A DNA stretch of 64,000 nucleotides from a virus (IMGVR_UViG_3300037483_001818); one strand, 5' to 3'; counted from the stretch's first letter, positions 9,811-19,868 are shown. Translations and numbers: made by a program. The notes: generated by a model from the sequence alone, not told the origin.

Positions 9811-10401
9811 CTATTCGACGGCGTGCATGGCGCGCGTCGACCAATAGACGATCGCTTCGGCGAACTGCGCGGCGGTGTATTCCGCCTTGGTGCCTCCTGG
9901 AAGCGCCAAGAAGTTCCTGGCCATGGCCATCGGAGAAATCGGCTCTGGCTCGGCGCTCGTGCGCGCGTTGAGGCTGACGATCTCGTAGTCGGTGTCTGCC
10001 TCCGGGTGCTCTCCTTCTTCGACGAGGAGCGCGCGGCTGTAGAGGATGATGTCGACGGCGATCGCCTCGGTTTTACGGCCTTGCGCTTCGACCGTGATGG
10101 CCGCGGCTTCACCGGGTCTCCGCGCGGCAAACCGTGCACGCAACGGCGTCGTCTCGGTCAGCACGGTGACTCCGCTGTAGAATTGGAAGCCGGCGAAGCA
10201 CGGCGGGACGCTCAACACCACGACGCCCGGCCTGTAGCCGTCCTTGGTGGTCGCATCGAGCTTGGTGGGCTCTTCCATGCATTCCTCGACGTGAACTTCG
10301 AGGGTGCGCCAGTCGGCGGTGCGACCGATCGGATCGGAGAGGAAACTGAAGGGTGATTCGGCGGTCTGCCGCTTCACGAAGTCGCTGCACTTGATCTTCA
10401 T
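9811..10401 (-). CDS. hypothetical protein
   Basis: ATG at 10401 (MKIKCSDFVKRQ); the N-terminal Arg/Ala-rich part of the track ORF is discounted. Confidence 0.45.
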   Translation of the reverse strand: MKIKCSDFVKRQTAESPFSFLSDPIGRTADWRTLEVHVEECMEEPTKLDATTKDGYRPGVVVLSVPPCFAGFQFYSGVTVLTETTPLRARFAARRPGEAAAITVEAQGRKTEAIAVDIILYSRALLVEEGEHPEADTDYEIVSLNARTSAEPEPISPMAMARNFLALPGGTKAEYTAAQFAEAIVYWSTRAMHAVE

Positions 10402-10697
10402 GGTGTCCTTTTGGTGATGTCTGGCGCTCTGTTCATGGGCTCTGCTCTCATGACGCTGCACGCGTTGTGATCTGACAGCGCGCCGCGATCTTTTCGCAGC
10501 GCCTGCACGTCGCGTTGCCGCACGGCACTTGGCGCTGGCCGATTTCGATGCCGCAGATCGTGCGGTGGCCATCGCGCGTGAGGTGCTCGCGGATGTTGCC
10601 GCTGTCGTCGATCCGGTCGACCTTGGTCATCTGGTGAACTGGACGCACAGGGGTAGTCGGATCGGACAGGCCCGCGGCGCCGTCGGTCGGCGGGTTT

Positions 10698-11261
10698 GTG
10701 GGCGGGGCGGTTTTCGTCATCTACGGATACGACGGTAAAATCCCCGCGGATCTGACAGCCGATCTGCTGATCTTCGGAAAACCGCGTCGAGGCAAGGGTT
10801 TTCATGGTAGAGATCGGTCGATGCCGGCCCACGCTCGCGTCAACGGCAGCGTCAGCGATTCCCATGCGGCAGGGCGCGCTCGGCAGCGTCTCAAGCTCGC
10901 GGCGATCGGCTACGTGAACGCTCGGCACGGCATCGACACTGACGTCGATCTGGCGCGCGGGGGGCTCATGGTCCTGTGCCAGATGGCGATCGAGTTTGTC
11001 GCCGCGCTTCCAGGGACACACCTGAAGAATCGTCGGATCGATCTCTATGCCCAGGGCAACAACGAGAGGCTCAAGCTCGCCGCAATCGCCTACGTGAGCG
11101 CTCGGCACGGCATCGACGCTGATGTTGGGATGACTCGCGAGGGACTCGCGCTCTTGTGCCAGGCATCGATCGACTTTGTCGAATCGTTGCCACGGGACGA
11201 TCAGGCCGCGAAACGGTCAACCGATCCTCACCACCAGATCGGAAATGGGGTGCAGCCTTGA
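10698..11261 (+). CDS. hypothetical protein with two ~44-aa tandem repeats
   Basis: RQRLKLAAIGYVNARHGIDTDVDLARGGLMVLCQMAIEFVAALP repeated as NERLKLAAIAYVSARHGIDADVGMTREGLALLCQASIDFVESLP, supports plus-strand coding. Confidence 0.4.
   Translation: MGGAVFVIYGYDGKIPADLTADLLIFGKPRRGKGFHGRDRSMPAHARVNGSVSDSHAAGRARQRLKLAAIGYVNARHGIDTDVDLARGGLMVLCQMAIEFVAALPGTHLKNRRIDLYAQGNNERLKLAAIAYVSARHGIDADVGMTREGLALLCQASIDFVESLPRDDQAAKRSTDPHHQIGNGVQP
10881..11192 (+). repeat. 180-bp period tandem coding repeat (2 copies)
   Basis: copies at 10881-11012 and 11061-11192. Confidence 0.55.
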
Positions 11262-11635
11262 CTGATTCGTCCAAATTGCTGAAGTCCTGGCCGCCGATCG
11301 CGTGTGACATCCTCGTCGACGCCGCTCGCTACTACTACAGCGAGATGAAGGAGCCGTGGCCGGTTCCCGCTGCGATCATGGAGCGCTCGATCGAGTTGGC
11401 GAACAAGGAGATTGCTGCGAAGCAGAGTGAGATCTACGAGGACGCATCCTCGCGCTGGATCAACCGTTGGGAGAGCGGCAAGCTCGACGCCGAGATGAGG
11501 CGCATGATCGAGGAAACGTATCGGAGGTTGTCTCGTGCTGAGGGCATGATTCGCCCGCGCGCGAGTGCCAGGAAGAAGAGTCCGAGGCAGCTCGACACCG
11601 AGATCGCCGCCACGCTCTCCGAGAAACGGAGATAG
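11156..11635 (+). CDS. hypothetical protein ending in RKKSPRQLDTEIAATL motif (start uncertain; ATG 11345 or TTG near 11258 possible)
   Basis: ORF track; C-terminal copy of the recurrent motif. Confidence 0.45.
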   Translation: MPGIDRLCRIVATGRSGRETVNRSSPPDRKWGAALTDSSKLLKSWPPIACDILVDAARYYYSEMKEPWPVPAAIMERSIELANKEIAAKQSEIYEDASSRWINRWESGKLDAEMRRMIEETYRRLSRAEGMIRPRASARKKSPRQLDTEIAATLSEKRR

Positions 11636-11817
11636 GATAGCCGGATGGGTCCGATGATCCTTCAACGGCAAGTCTTGCCCCCGCGCCAGGCGCCGCGTGA
11701 GCCGCACGACTTAGTGTCGGAGGCGCAGGTCCGCGCTGCGATTGCGCGAGCGATCTGGACGTTGGCGGCCCTTGTCGTACTCATGAATGTGGTCGCGCGC
11801 ATGTTGGGGACGGGGCT

Positions 11818-12441
11818 GTGATCGACGGTCTTTCGGCGAGCACGATCTTTGGCTTGTCCTTTCTGGGCGCCTTGTTCGCGATCCTGGCCTCGCTGCTATT
11901 CGTCTACACGTACGTGATGCTGTGGCTCCTTCCGAGGATCAAGCGTGGCTTCCGCGCGCTCGTCGCGGAGATCGGCCCCAAGGCGGTGTTCGAGCGCATG
12001 GACCTGGATCCGGTGGAGATGATGCAGCAGTTCGGCGTCGCTCCGGCAGCCGCGGAGGCACGCGCTGTTGGGATCGTCTTCACATGTGAGGATCACGGGC
12101 GGTGCTTCGGTTGCCCCAAGGTGCTCGCGCAGTTCGAGGCCATTATTCGGCACCAGGGTGAGGACAGTTTCGACGAGGTCGAGCGGAAGACCTACGCGCA
12201 ACTGCGCGAGCAACTCTCGCGCGACGCACTCCTCGACGGCGAGTCGGAGACCGAGCGGCAGAAGCGGATCGCGGCGCGTGTTATCGAGACGCTTGTTCGT
12301 GAAGGGTTCGCTGTTACTCACGTTCGCGGTGTGGTGTGGGCGATCGGCAAGGATGATCGCGCGACGTTTGTCGGCTGGCTCACGGCAGCGCGCACTTGCT
12401 GCGAGAAGCTTACCGAGCAAGACGAGCAGGAGGTCGCATGA
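11818..12441 (+). CDS. membrane-anchored hypothetical protein
   Basis: N-terminal TM IFGLSFLGALFAILASLLFVYTYVMLWLL; GTG start. Confidence 0.5.
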   Translation: MIDGLSASTIFGLSFLGALFAILASLLFVYTYVMLWLLPRIKRGFRALVAEIGPKAVFERMDLDPVEMMQQFGVAPAAAEARAVGIVFTCEDHGRCFGCPKVLAQFEAIIRHQGEDSFDEVERKTYAQLREQLSRDALLDGESETERQKRIAARVIETLVREGFAVTHVRGVVWAIGKDDRATFVGWLTAARTCCEKLTEQDEQEVA

Positions 12442-12887
12442 GCGCTGGATACGGTCGCGGATATTACGGCGACGGGCAACTTGCCCGCAGTGCGCCACGA
12501 AAGAGGAGCTGGTTCACCATCGTGGCCGTGCTCGGCGTCGGCTCGGCGGCGGTTTGGCTCTTGTGGCCGCGTAAAGCGGCGCCAGATTTCGGGGCCGTCT
12601 ACAAGGAACCCGAGCTTCTGACGCCGGCACCAACGCTGCCGACATCTCCCCTGGTCGTGATCAACACGACCAGCGCGCCGCTTGCGACACCCGCGCCGTT
12701 TGCGACACCCGCGCCGTTCGGCGGCATGCTCAAGCAGCTCGAGGATGACGCGCGAGCTCGCGGGTTTATTTCGGTGAAGAACTACGAAGACTCGGTGATC
12801 GCGACGGCCAAGCAGCTTCAGGCCACAGGCGCGAAAGTGGTTCTTGCTCCACACCTACAGCACCTGGCTCCGCAGCTAGAGTCCTGA
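12438..12887 (+). CDS. single-pass membrane, Pro-rich hypothetical protein
   Basis: perfect AGGAGG RBS then ATG 12438 (ATGA overlap with upstream); TM WFTIVAVLGVGSAAVWLLW. Confidence 0.55.
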   Translation: MSAGYGRGYYGDGQLARSAPRKRSWFTIVAVLGVGSAAVWLLWPRKAAPDFGAVYKEPELLTPAPTLPTSPLVVINTTSAPLATPAPFATPAPFGGMLKQLEDDARARGFISVKNYEDSVIATAKQLQATGAKVVLAPHLQHLAPQLES

Positions 12888-12927
12888 AGAGGAAGCGTAT
12901 GTCCGTGGTCGAGACCCCCACGATCTA

Positions 12928-13929
12928 TTGGCCGGTGCCGTAACCGTGTCTGCGCGGCGCTTCGTTTGCGGCGCTTGTGGTCACGTACACGCTGCCTGGG
13001 CGGCGCGCTGCGCGAGCTGCTACTCGCACGGTCTTGCCCTTGCTTCTGAAGTGCCGGCACCCGCGCTCGTTCAATCACGCCCGGTTGCGGCGCAGAGCGC
13101 TCCGCAGCAGCAGGAAGAGCGTACTGTGCCGGAGCTTTCTCGTTTGCGTCTGGTGCGTGCACCCTCGCCCGAGCCCGAAATCTCGCCCGAGGAGCTGGTC
13201 GACGATGATGTGACTCCGTTGGATTCATCGTCTCCAGCGCCTGTCCCGATTACCGAGATCGCCACCGAGACGTCGTTCGTGCGTGACTCGACGGGCCTGA
13301 CGCCGCTCGATCATGTGCTGGGCGGAGGTTTGGTAGCAGCGTCCGTCATCCTACTCGCGTCGCCGCCGGGCATTGGAAAAACATCGCTGACGCTTCAGAT
13401 GCTCGCCGGCCTGGGGCACAGGTGCCTCTACGTTACGGGCGAGGAGACGCGAGAGCAGATCGCCGGGACCGCACAGCGCATCGGCGCACTGACGCCACGC
13501 TTGTATGTGCTCTGCGAGAACGATCTTGCGACGATTTTCGCGCATGCTCGAGCGATGCGTGCTCAGACGATCGCGATCGATTCGATCCAGAAAATGGTGT
13601 GCGATGACGTCAACGGTCGCGCCGGATCGACGGGACAGCTCAAGGAGTGCACGGCCCGCCTGGTTCACTATGCGAAGAATAACGAAACGGCTCTCTGGCT
13701 CATTGGGCACGTCACGAGTGACGGTGACGTCGCCGGTCCCAAGACGATCGAGCACGACGTCGACGTCGTGCTCGAGCTGTCACCAGGCCCGAAGTTCGAG
13801 GGCAATGAGCGAATTCTGCGATGCCCTGGTAAGAACCGCTTCGGACCTACCAACGTGGTGGGACACTTCGAACTGACCGCCAAGGGGTTTGTTGCCGTCG
13901 ACGCCGACGGGTGGAACGAGGAACTGTAA
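12928..13929 (+). CDS. RadA/Sms-like (Sak4-like) RecA-fold ATPase with N-terminal zinc ribbon, no Lon domain
   Basis: CGACGHV...CASC zinc ribbon; Walker A LASPPGIGKTSLTLQM; GLTPLDHVLGGGL matches the RadA glycine-rich segment. Confidence 0.7.
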   Translation: MAGAVTVSARRFVCGACGHVHAAWAARCASCYSHGLALASEVPAPALVQSRPVAAQSAPQQQEERTVPELSRLRLVRAPSPEPEISPEELVDDDVTPLDSSSPAPVPITEIATETSFVRDSTGLTPLDHVLGGGLVAASVILLASPPGIGKTSLTLQMLAGLGHRCLYVTGEETREQIAGTAQRIGALTPRLYVLCENDLATIFAHARAMRAQTIAIDSIQKMVCDDVNGRAGSTGQLKECTARLVHYAKNNETALWLIGHVTSDGDVAGPKTIEHDVDVVLELSPGPKFEGNERILRCPGKNRFGPTNVVGHFELTAKGFVAVDADGWNEEL

Positions 13930-13933
13930 TGCT

Positions 13934-14278
13934 TCAGTACCCTGCGGCGCGGTACGCCTGTGCCTCGGCAGCAAGCTGAGCGATCGGTGTGTTCAGGAGC
14001 CTTGCGATCCCGTACGCGAGTGCGTCGATGAAAGCGAAGTCCTCCGGTGAGATGAGTGCTCGCGCAAGACGTAGCACTTGATCGTCGGATAGTGCTCCTG
14101 CTTGATACAGTCGCTCAGCTTCTTGGCTGAGCTGGTTGAGCTGCTCACGCGATAGCAGCTCGGCTCGGCGCAGGCGGCCGACCTCGTAGCAGAACCAGTC
14201 CCAAGCGTCGCAGCTCGATTGCATTGGATGGATCGATGATACTACGGTCGAGACCTTGAGGGTGATCATCAAACGCAC
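13934..14278 (-). CDS. hypothetical protein
   Basis: ORF track. Confidence 0.4.
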   Translation of the reverse strand: MRLMITLKVSTVVSSIHPMQSSCDAWDWFCYEVGRLRRAELLSREQLNQLSQEAERLYQAGALSDDQVLRLARALISPEDFAFIDALAYGIARLLNTPIAQLAAEAQAYRAAGY

Positions 14279-14325
14279 GTCGGGTCAGCGGAGTGCGGTC
14301 GAGTTCATCAAGTTGGAGCTGTCGC

Positions 14326-15087
14326 TCAAACACGCCATTCGACCACATCGCCACGATCCCGGGCCCATTCATCGTGGCGCTCTGCCTCGCGCTCCGAGCG
14401 GAAGCCTGCTCCGCAGGAACAGCGATACTCCTTGTCGCTCTTGGAAGAGATGGTGTGCTTCCGTGGAGCTTTGGTGATCTTGGTTGTCGTCGCGTGCGAT
14501 CTGCGTCCCGGTGTGCGACTCAGCGGTCGTCCCGTAGCAGCCTTGAAGGACAGATCAGCTGGCCATCCCCACGTTCGACCACTGCGGTAGCGATCGATTT
14601 GCTCGGGTGTCATGCCTGACTGGGAATCGCCAAGTGCTTCAGCGATCTCTCGATCCAATTGGGCCGGTGACTTCTTCGTCGCGTGATGGCGTGACTTCGC
14701 AGGTGACGCTGACGCGCCTGACGCGCCTGACAAAAGCTCGACCTTGTAGAGCTTGCCCTTTGGCGGCCCAAGACTGACGTAACCCTCCTGTCCAGTGCCG
14801 AGGTTTCTCGACCACCAGCGATCCAACCCTTGGCCGAATCGATCCTGATCGCTCTCGCGCTCTCGCAAGATCTCGACGTCGGCGCCCTGATACCGGAAGC
14901 GCAATCCTGGTTTCAGATCCTTCGCAGCAAGATCCTTTGTGCGCTTCTTGGGCATCGGCTCTTGGCAGCCTACCGTTTCAAGGGACAAAGTTGAAGTTTC
15001 ACGCGCGCTGTCACCAGCGACGGCAAGACGCCGGATCGCGGCGTGGTCAAGGCGCTTTCCAACGTGCTCGACAAGCTGCGTAAACAT
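14326..15087 (-). CDS. hypothetical protein with internal TKKSPAQLDREIAEAL motif
   Basis: ORF track; motif encoded near 14640-14690. Confidence 0.45.
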   Translation of the reverse strand: MFTQLVEHVGKRLDHAAIRRLAVAGDSARETSTLSLETVGCQEPMPKKRTKDLAAKDLKPGLRFRYQGADVEILRERESDQDRFGQGLDRWWSRNLGTGQEGYVSLGPPKGKLYKVELLSGASGASASPAKSRHHATKKSPAQLDREIAEALGDSQSGMTPEQIDRYRSGRTWGWPADLSFKAATGRPLSRTPGRRSHATTTKITKAPRKHTISSKSDKEYRCSCGAGFRSEREAERHDEWARDRGDVVEWRV

Positions 15088-15128
15088 CCCGCGGGTTAGC
15101 CTGTCAGACGCTCTACGTAGGCTACCGC

Positions 15129-15428
15129 ATGGCCAAGAAGCAGACTCGTCGGAGTGTGTCGCTCAATCGAAACGATTACGAGGCCGCCAAGCTAGAGGCC
15201 GCCCGCCGCGGCATGACGCTCTCGGGACTCGTCGAGTCGGGGCTTGCGGCGATCGGTGTCGCGGTGGTTGCGCACACGCAGCAAACGGTGGAGCTGGCAC
15301 AAGTGAGTGCAGCGCGCCGGGCCGAGAGCCTGGCGGCCCGGCAGGCTGGTAGGAACATGGAACCTCGCCCGTTACGCGAGCCACAGATGCATGGGGATCA
15401 GGTCGCGGATGTTTGCGGGTTTGCGTGA
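15129..15428 (+). CDS. ribbon-helix-helix (CopG-like) DNA-binding protein
   Basis: MAKKQTRRSVSLNRNDYEAAKLEAARRGMTLSGLVESGL is a typical RHH N-terminus. Confidence 0.55.
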   Translation: MAKKQTRRSVSLNRNDYEAAKLEAARRGMTLSGLVESGLAAIGVAVVAHTQQTVELAQVSAARRAESLAARQAGRNMEPRPLREPQMHGDQVADVCGFA

Positions 15429-15884
15429 TCGATGAGGTTGTCGCAGCAGGATCGAAACAAGCGACGCAGCCATGATCGTGCGTCGTTGGGCCGCGTACCG
15501 CGTCGAGGAGGCGCAGCGCGCCGCTTGGCGTAAGCGTCGTGCGGAACGGCCCGACGATATCGACGAGGCCGCGGGTGAAGGTGACTTGTTGGCGGATCTG
15601 CCCGACGGTCTGTTAGGCTAACTTCATGAAGGACCAGCCTCGTTCTCCGATGTCTGAGCAGGTATTTTCGCCGTGAATGACAGCACGTGCTCTTGTTGCT
15701 CTCGCCGTGACGGGCTGACCTCTGGCGGATGCGTTTACTGTTCCGCGCGGACGTACTGCGCGTGCGGACAGCTCGTGGGCTGTGGGTGCGGGCGCGCGTT
15801 CTTGTCGCACGCGTGCCCCAGCGTTGTGTTCGTTGGCCTGTTCGAGCCAATTCCGACCATGCCACTCGGGGAGGACCTGTCCTC

Positions 15885-16391
15885 GTGAGTTACTACCGCG
15901 ACACAGCGACGGCGCTCGTACAGCGCGCCCCGGGAAACTTCATCGGCGTTGCGCTCTACGTGCCCACAAGTAAGTCGACATCGCCGTGGTGGAGCTTGGT
16001 GTCGTTCCCGAGCTCCAATGCAATGCAGGAGTGGTACGAGGAGATCGCTCCCTCGCACGCGCTCTATTACTATCTCGCCGCGTTCGACAAGACGCGCAGC
16101 GCCGAGCCTGTGGGAGAGTCGATCGCGCCACCCAAGCCCGGGGTACCTGGCTTCAACCTGCACATCACTGATCGCTGGCGACCGCCGTCGTTCAACAGGC
16201 CGGCAGTCTCTGGTGTGATGACAGCAGGTGAGCGCAGCGTCGCGACCACTGCGAAGACCCTCGGGCTCTTTGCGTTGTTCGCGATCCCCGCAGGACTTCT
16301 CCTTTCGAAGATGCAGGAGCGCAAACACGTCCGAGCGGAGAAAGCAGCGTTTCGGCGTTCTGGTTTGGACTGGGAGCAAAGGTTCCGGTAG
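15885..16391 (+). CDS. hypothetical protein with C-terminal TM segment
   Basis: GTG 15885 preceded by GGGGAGG; the Arg-rich upstream part of the track ORF is discounted. Confidence 0.45.
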   Translation: MSYYRDTATALVQRAPGNFIGVALYVPTSKSTSPWWSLVSFPSSNAMQEWYEEIAPSHALYYYLAAFDKTRSAEPVGESIAPPKPGVPGFNLHITDRWRPPSFNRPAVSGVMTAGERSVATTAKTLGLFALFAIPAGLLLSKMQERKHVRAEKAAFRRSGLDWEQRFR

Positions 16392-16394
16392 CCG

Positions 16395-16898
16395 GTGAAC
16401 ATGTCTCGCGGTGAGGTCAGCGAGGTCATCCCTGGCCTCTACATCGGAAGCAAGCCTCCGCCGGGCAAGCACGAAGGCATTGACGCGATCGTTCTTGCAG
16501 CGATGGAGTACCAGCCGCCTGCGCATCTGTTTCCGGCGACCGAGGTGATTCACGCACCGCTCGACGACGCGCCGGGGCGACACATGCGCGAAGACGAGAT
16601 CGTGACCGCGATCAAGGCCGCCAAGCGCGTTGCTTGGCTACTGCGCGCCGGTCGTCGCGTGCTCAGTACCTGCCAGATGGGCCTTAACCGATCGTCCCTA
16701 GTCGCTGCGCTCGCAATGCACGATGTCTATGGCGGCATGAGTGCGGATGAGATCGTGACGCGTGTGCGGCGAGCTCGTGGCAGGTGGGCGCTGTCGAATC
16801 CGAATTTCGAGAAGCTTTTGCGCGTCGTGGTTGGCTACGGCCAGAATTCTTCGTTGCATGGGATGTCCGATCCTGCGCCGACGGTGCGTCCCGCCTGA
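16395..16898 (+). CDS. dual-specificity (Cys-based) protein/RNA phosphatase-like
   Basis: CX5R active-site loop STCQMGLNRSS matches the DSP/PTP signature. Confidence 0.6.
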   Translation: MNMSRGEVSEVIPGLYIGSKPPPGKHEGIDAIVLAAMEYQPPAHLFPATEVIHAPLDDAPGRHMREDEIVTAIKAAKRVAWLLRAGRRVLSTCQMGLNRSSLVAALAMHDVYGGMSADEIVTRVRRARGRWALSNPNFEKLLRVVVGYGQNSSLHGMSDPAPTVRPA

Positions 16899-16901
16899 CC
16901 C

Positions 16902-17363
16902 ATGCGCATTCAGATTGCCCAGGGCGCGCCAGCTCTGATTTCACAGCGTCGCGAGGCGTTGTTGCACGATGCGTCGCTGCCGCTGACGGTGCGTGGATCT
17001 GCAAACGTGCACTTCGAGAAGCCGTGGATACCGAACTTCTGGACGGTCGCGATCCGTGCGCCCAAGCCTGGCAGCGAGAGCTTCTTCGACTTCCCGGTCG
17101 GTTACGCCGACGATGGCACGCCATGGTTCTTTCCGTCACGAGAGTGGTGGGTAGCGCACGCCAAGGCGAGTCATCCGCCCGACGGCATGGGTTGCGATGT
17201 CGACGTTCATACGAAGTTCCTCTCGAGCGAAGGATCTGTGCACGAGTTCGATTACGCGACGGTTCTCACCGATGGAACGATGCAGATCCTTGGGCGTGCG
17301 GACTTTGTCGATGAGTGCGCGTGGTGGTCGCACGCGTTTGGCGCGCGCGGAGGACAGCCGTGA
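16902..17363 (+). CDS. hypothetical protein
   Basis: ATG directly after upstream stop. Confidence 0.45.
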   Translation: MRIQIAQGAPALISQRREALLHDASLPLTVRGSANVHFEKPWIPNFWTVAIRAPKPGSESFFDFPVGYADDGTPWFFPSREWWVAHAKASHPPDGMGCDVDVHTKFLSSEGSVHEFDYATVLTDGTMQILGRADFVDECAWWSHAFGARGGQP

Positions 17364-17395
17364 AGATCAGCGCTCTATTGTTGAGGTGTCGTCGA

Positions 17396-17710
17396 TCACG
17401 CGTCCTCATTCTGGGAGGCGCGCGACGCTGCTGGTGCGGCGTCGGGCAATACTTCGAGGATTTCGGCGTCGCAGTAGCAACTGCCGCCTGCTGAGCAGGG
17501 CATGCCCAGCAGCGTGTAGCGCTTCGTGGTGTCGAGATCTGTGATGACGCCGTAGATGCCGGGACCTCGTCCATCGGCTAGTTCATGGTCCGCCGCGCTT
17601 ACTCGAAGTGCGACACGCTCGCCATGAAACATGGGTGTGAGGGTGGGACCTTCAAGCGGGATCTCGTAGTGCGTCTTGTCGGCGGACAGCGGCCACGGTT
17701 CCTTGATCAT
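17396..17710 (-). CDS. hypothetical protein
   Basis: ORF track; GAGG upstream. Confidence 0.45.
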   Translation of the reverse strand: MIKEPWPLSADKTHYEIPLEGPTLTPMFHGERVALRVSAADHELADGRGPGIYGVITDLDTTKRYTLLGMPCSAGGSCYCDAEILEVLPDAAPAASRASQNEDA

Positions 17711-17817
17711 CGTGGAGACCTCAGGGCTCTCGCGCTACTGGTGCGTTCACCTACCGATCGCTTCATGATGGCGGTGTTTTGAAGGCTCGCCTGCATCTTA
17801 AAGACGATACCGTGAAC

Positions 17818-18243
17818 TCACTCTTCCGCGGGCGGTTTCGGGATCCGATGCTCGACGGGTGTGATGTCGTCATCAGACAAGACAGTCGTGTCCTCAGAAG
17901 GTTTGACGACGTCGCGTGTGCTTGTCCGCGGGATCTCCGCGAGTGGTACACGAACCAGCGGTGTCATCTCGCCGGTCGGGATCCGTGGAGGCGTAACGTC
18001 GTCTTCATCGAGAAACGGAGCCATCACCAGATGAAGCACCCGCTGTGGATGATCGGGGACGTCGATGAGAACGAACAGGTCTCGTCCGGCTCCCTGACGG
18101 AGTCCTGGCAAGCGTCCGAGGCGGCGCATATCGTCTACCTCTTCCCAGATCTCGACGAGCTCCTCGTGGGCGAGCACCGTCTCGGCGGTTGCCAGGAACT
18201 TCCCGGTCTGACGGAAGTAGAGGAGCTGGACCCTGTACGGCAC
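17818..18243 (-). CDS. hypothetical acidic protein
   Basis: protein-like composition; preferred over the overlapping plus ORF 17779-18258. Confidence 0.45.
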   Translation of the reverse strand: MPYRVQLLYFRQTGKFLATAETVLAHEELVEIWEEVDDMRRLGRLPGLRQGAGRDLFVLIDVPDHPQRVLHLVMAPFLDEDDVTPPRIPTGEMTPLVRVPLAEIPRTSTRDVVKPSEDTTVLSDDDITPVEHRIPKPPAEE

Positions 18244-18622
18244 TGCCGAGGACGGTAGCTCGGCGTGATCTTGAGCGCGAATCTTCGGCAGTCATGACCG
18301 CACCTTCGCCCTGCGCTCATCGCGTTGGTTGACAGCCGCGTGTACATCGCGCTAGCCTTCTTCTTGTAGAGAAGCTCATGTCGATCGCAACCGCATCCAC
18401 GAGAGTCACAAGGCGCCAAGGCGTCATGGGACACGTGTGCGCGCGTCGCGATTGGGCCCACTCGGCGAATTTTGCCGGCAAAGGGACCGTCGAGGGTATC
18501 AAGCGCCAGCCGCAGCCCACGACCTATGAAGGGAAGGCTCCAGACTCGTAGACCAGGCTAGAACAGCCGAAACGATCTGGAGCCGCCCTGGGAACAAAAC
18601 CCTCGGCGGTTTTCTCGTTTTC

Positions 18623-18707
18623 GGGCGCGCAGACCGGCGTGGCTCCGGGCGTGGTTGTAACCCACGCATGCTTCTGCATCGTCTCGGTTCGATTCCGAGC
18701 GCGCCCA
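18623..18707 (+). tRNA. tRNA-Tyr (GTA), long variable arm
   Basis: acceptor GGGCGCG/CGCGCCC, T-arm CTCGGTTCGATTCCGAG, anticodon loop TTGTAAC. Confidence 0.6.
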
Positions 18708-18763
18708 CGAAGGAATGTGATGACGAAGAAGAAGCTCAAACGCACGGCCTCAAGTCCGCTCAC

Positions 18764-18843
18764 GGGCTCGTGGCAGAAAGGTTATGCACCCGACTTTTAA
18801 TCGGAGCCGCGAGGCAATGGGGGTTCGACTCCCTCCGGGCCCA
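18764..18843 (+). tRNA. tRNA-Lys (TTT), extended variable region
   Basis: acceptor GGGCTCG/CGGGCCC, T-arm GGGGGTTCGACTCCCTC, loop CTTTTAA. Confidence 0.5.
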
Positions 18844-18858
18844 CGCACACAAGATCGA

Positions 18859-18929
18859 TCAGGGTTCGTCCAACGGTAGGACCTGCGCCTCTGGAGCGCA
18901 TGACGAGGGTTCGAATCCTTCACCCTGAA
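18859..18929 (+). tRNA. tRNA-Gln (CTG)
   Basis: U1:A72 acceptor TCAGGGT/ACCCTGA (bacterial Gln feature), D-arm GTCCAACGGTAGGAC, loop CTCTGGA. Confidence 0.55.
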
Positions 18930-19081
18930 CTGCACGCTGACTGCATCGCGCGTGAATCGACGGTCCCCCGAGCAACAGCGCTCACAGCGGGACGACAGCG
19001 ACACGGCGAAGGCGGGGCGAATGACAAGCGAATAGTTCGATGATGATGACGCGATCGCGGCATGTAGCGCGATCGCAGCTT

Positions 19082-19154
19082 GTCACTCTTGCGTAGTTGG
19101 TCTGCGCGCTCGGTTGAAACCCGGGAGGTTCTGGTTCGATTCCAGAGGGTGACG
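19082..19154 (+). tRNA. tRNA-Phe (GAA)
   Basis: acceptor GTCACTC/GGGTGAC, T-arm TCTGGTTCGATTCCAGA, loop TTGAAAC. Confidence 0.6.
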
Positions 19155-19169
19155 CAACGGCATAACTGC

Positions 19170-19240
19170 GGGTCGCAAGCATTATGGTGATGCACTGGTC
19201 TCTTAAACCGGTGATCAGGGTTCGATCCCCTGGCGACCCA
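19170..19240 (+). tRNA. tRNA-Lys (CTT)
   Basis: acceptor GGGTCGC/GCGACCC, T-arm CAGGGTTCGATCCCCTG, loop CTCTTAA. Confidence 0.65.
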
Positions 19241-19261
19241 CGTTACGTGAAGCGATGTTCT

Positions 19262-19333
19262 CGAGGTGTGGCCCAACGGTAGGGTACGTCGTTTGGGACG
19301 ACGGGACTGGAGGTTCGATTCCTCTCACCTCGA
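19262..19333 (+). tRNA. tRNA-Pro (TGG)
   Basis: acceptor CGAGGTG/CACCTCG, D-arm GCCCAACGGTAGGGT, loop TTTGGGA. Confidence 0.65.
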
Positions 19334-19441
19334 CGAGTGACACGGGCATCCGAGAGCCCGGCCGGCGATCGTGTGCACGATCGCCGCGGCAACGATGAGA
19401 CACCTGCTCCGGTGTTTGAAAGGCGACTCGGGTTTCTTCTC

Positions 19442-19513
19442 GCGGACGAGGCCGCTTGGTGCGGCGTCAGCGTGCCAAGCTGATTCAGGCGGGTTCGATC
19501 CCCGTCGTCCGCT
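19442..19513 (+). tRNA. tRNA-Gly (GCC)
   Basis: acceptor GCGGACG/CGTCCGC, U73, loop GTGCCAA, T-arm GCGGGTTCGATCCCCGT. Confidence 0.65.
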
Positions 19514-19525
19514 CGACTGCCCTCT

Positions 19526-19596
19526 GCCCTCGCAGCACGAAGGTCGTGCATCGGTTTCGTAAACCGGAGGTTCGAGTTCAATTCTCGACGAGGGCT
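19526..19596 (+). tRNA. tRNA-Thr (CGT)
   Basis: acceptor GCCCTCG/CGAGGGC, loop TTCGTAA, T-arm TCGAGTTCAATTCTCGA. Confidence 0.6.
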
Positions 19597-19712
19597 CGAA
19601 AGCGAACGCGTGGGATTCAACTTCTCCACGACGGGGCAAAAGCTGATGGAAGCGAATCGGCCGATAATGCGTCCTGAAAGATCTCTGAAGGCTGGGCCTG
19701 CGTTCGTGATTT

Positions 19713-19785
19713 GCTCGCGTAGCTCAGCTAGCAGAGCGCTCGTTTTGTAAACGAGATGACGCAGGTGCAATGCCTGCCGCGAGCT
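19713..19785 (+). tRNA. tRNA-Thr (TGT), T-loop TGCAATG
   Basis: acceptor GCTCGCG/CGCGAGC, D-arm GCTCAGCTAGCAGAGC, loop TTTGTAA. Confidence 0.6.
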
Positions 19786-19796
19786 CGACGCTTCAT

Positions 19797-19868
19797 TCCC
19801 CGGTAGCACAATGGTGGTGCGGTCGGCTGTTAACCGAAGGGTTGCCCGTTCGAATCGGGCTCGGGGAG
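19797..19868 (+). tRNA. tRNA-Asn (GTT)
   Basis: acceptor TCCCCGG/TCGGGGA, T-arm GCCCGTTCGAATCGGGC, loop CTGTTAA. Confidence 0.55.

Noticed and set aside
10398-11108. 236-aa minus-strand ORF
   Set aside because: The opposite strand encodes a protein with clean tandem peptide repeats; this frame is low complexity.
15735-16583. 282-aa minus-strand ORF
   Set aside because: Arg-rich antisense artifact opposite the better plus-strand ORF 15885-16391.
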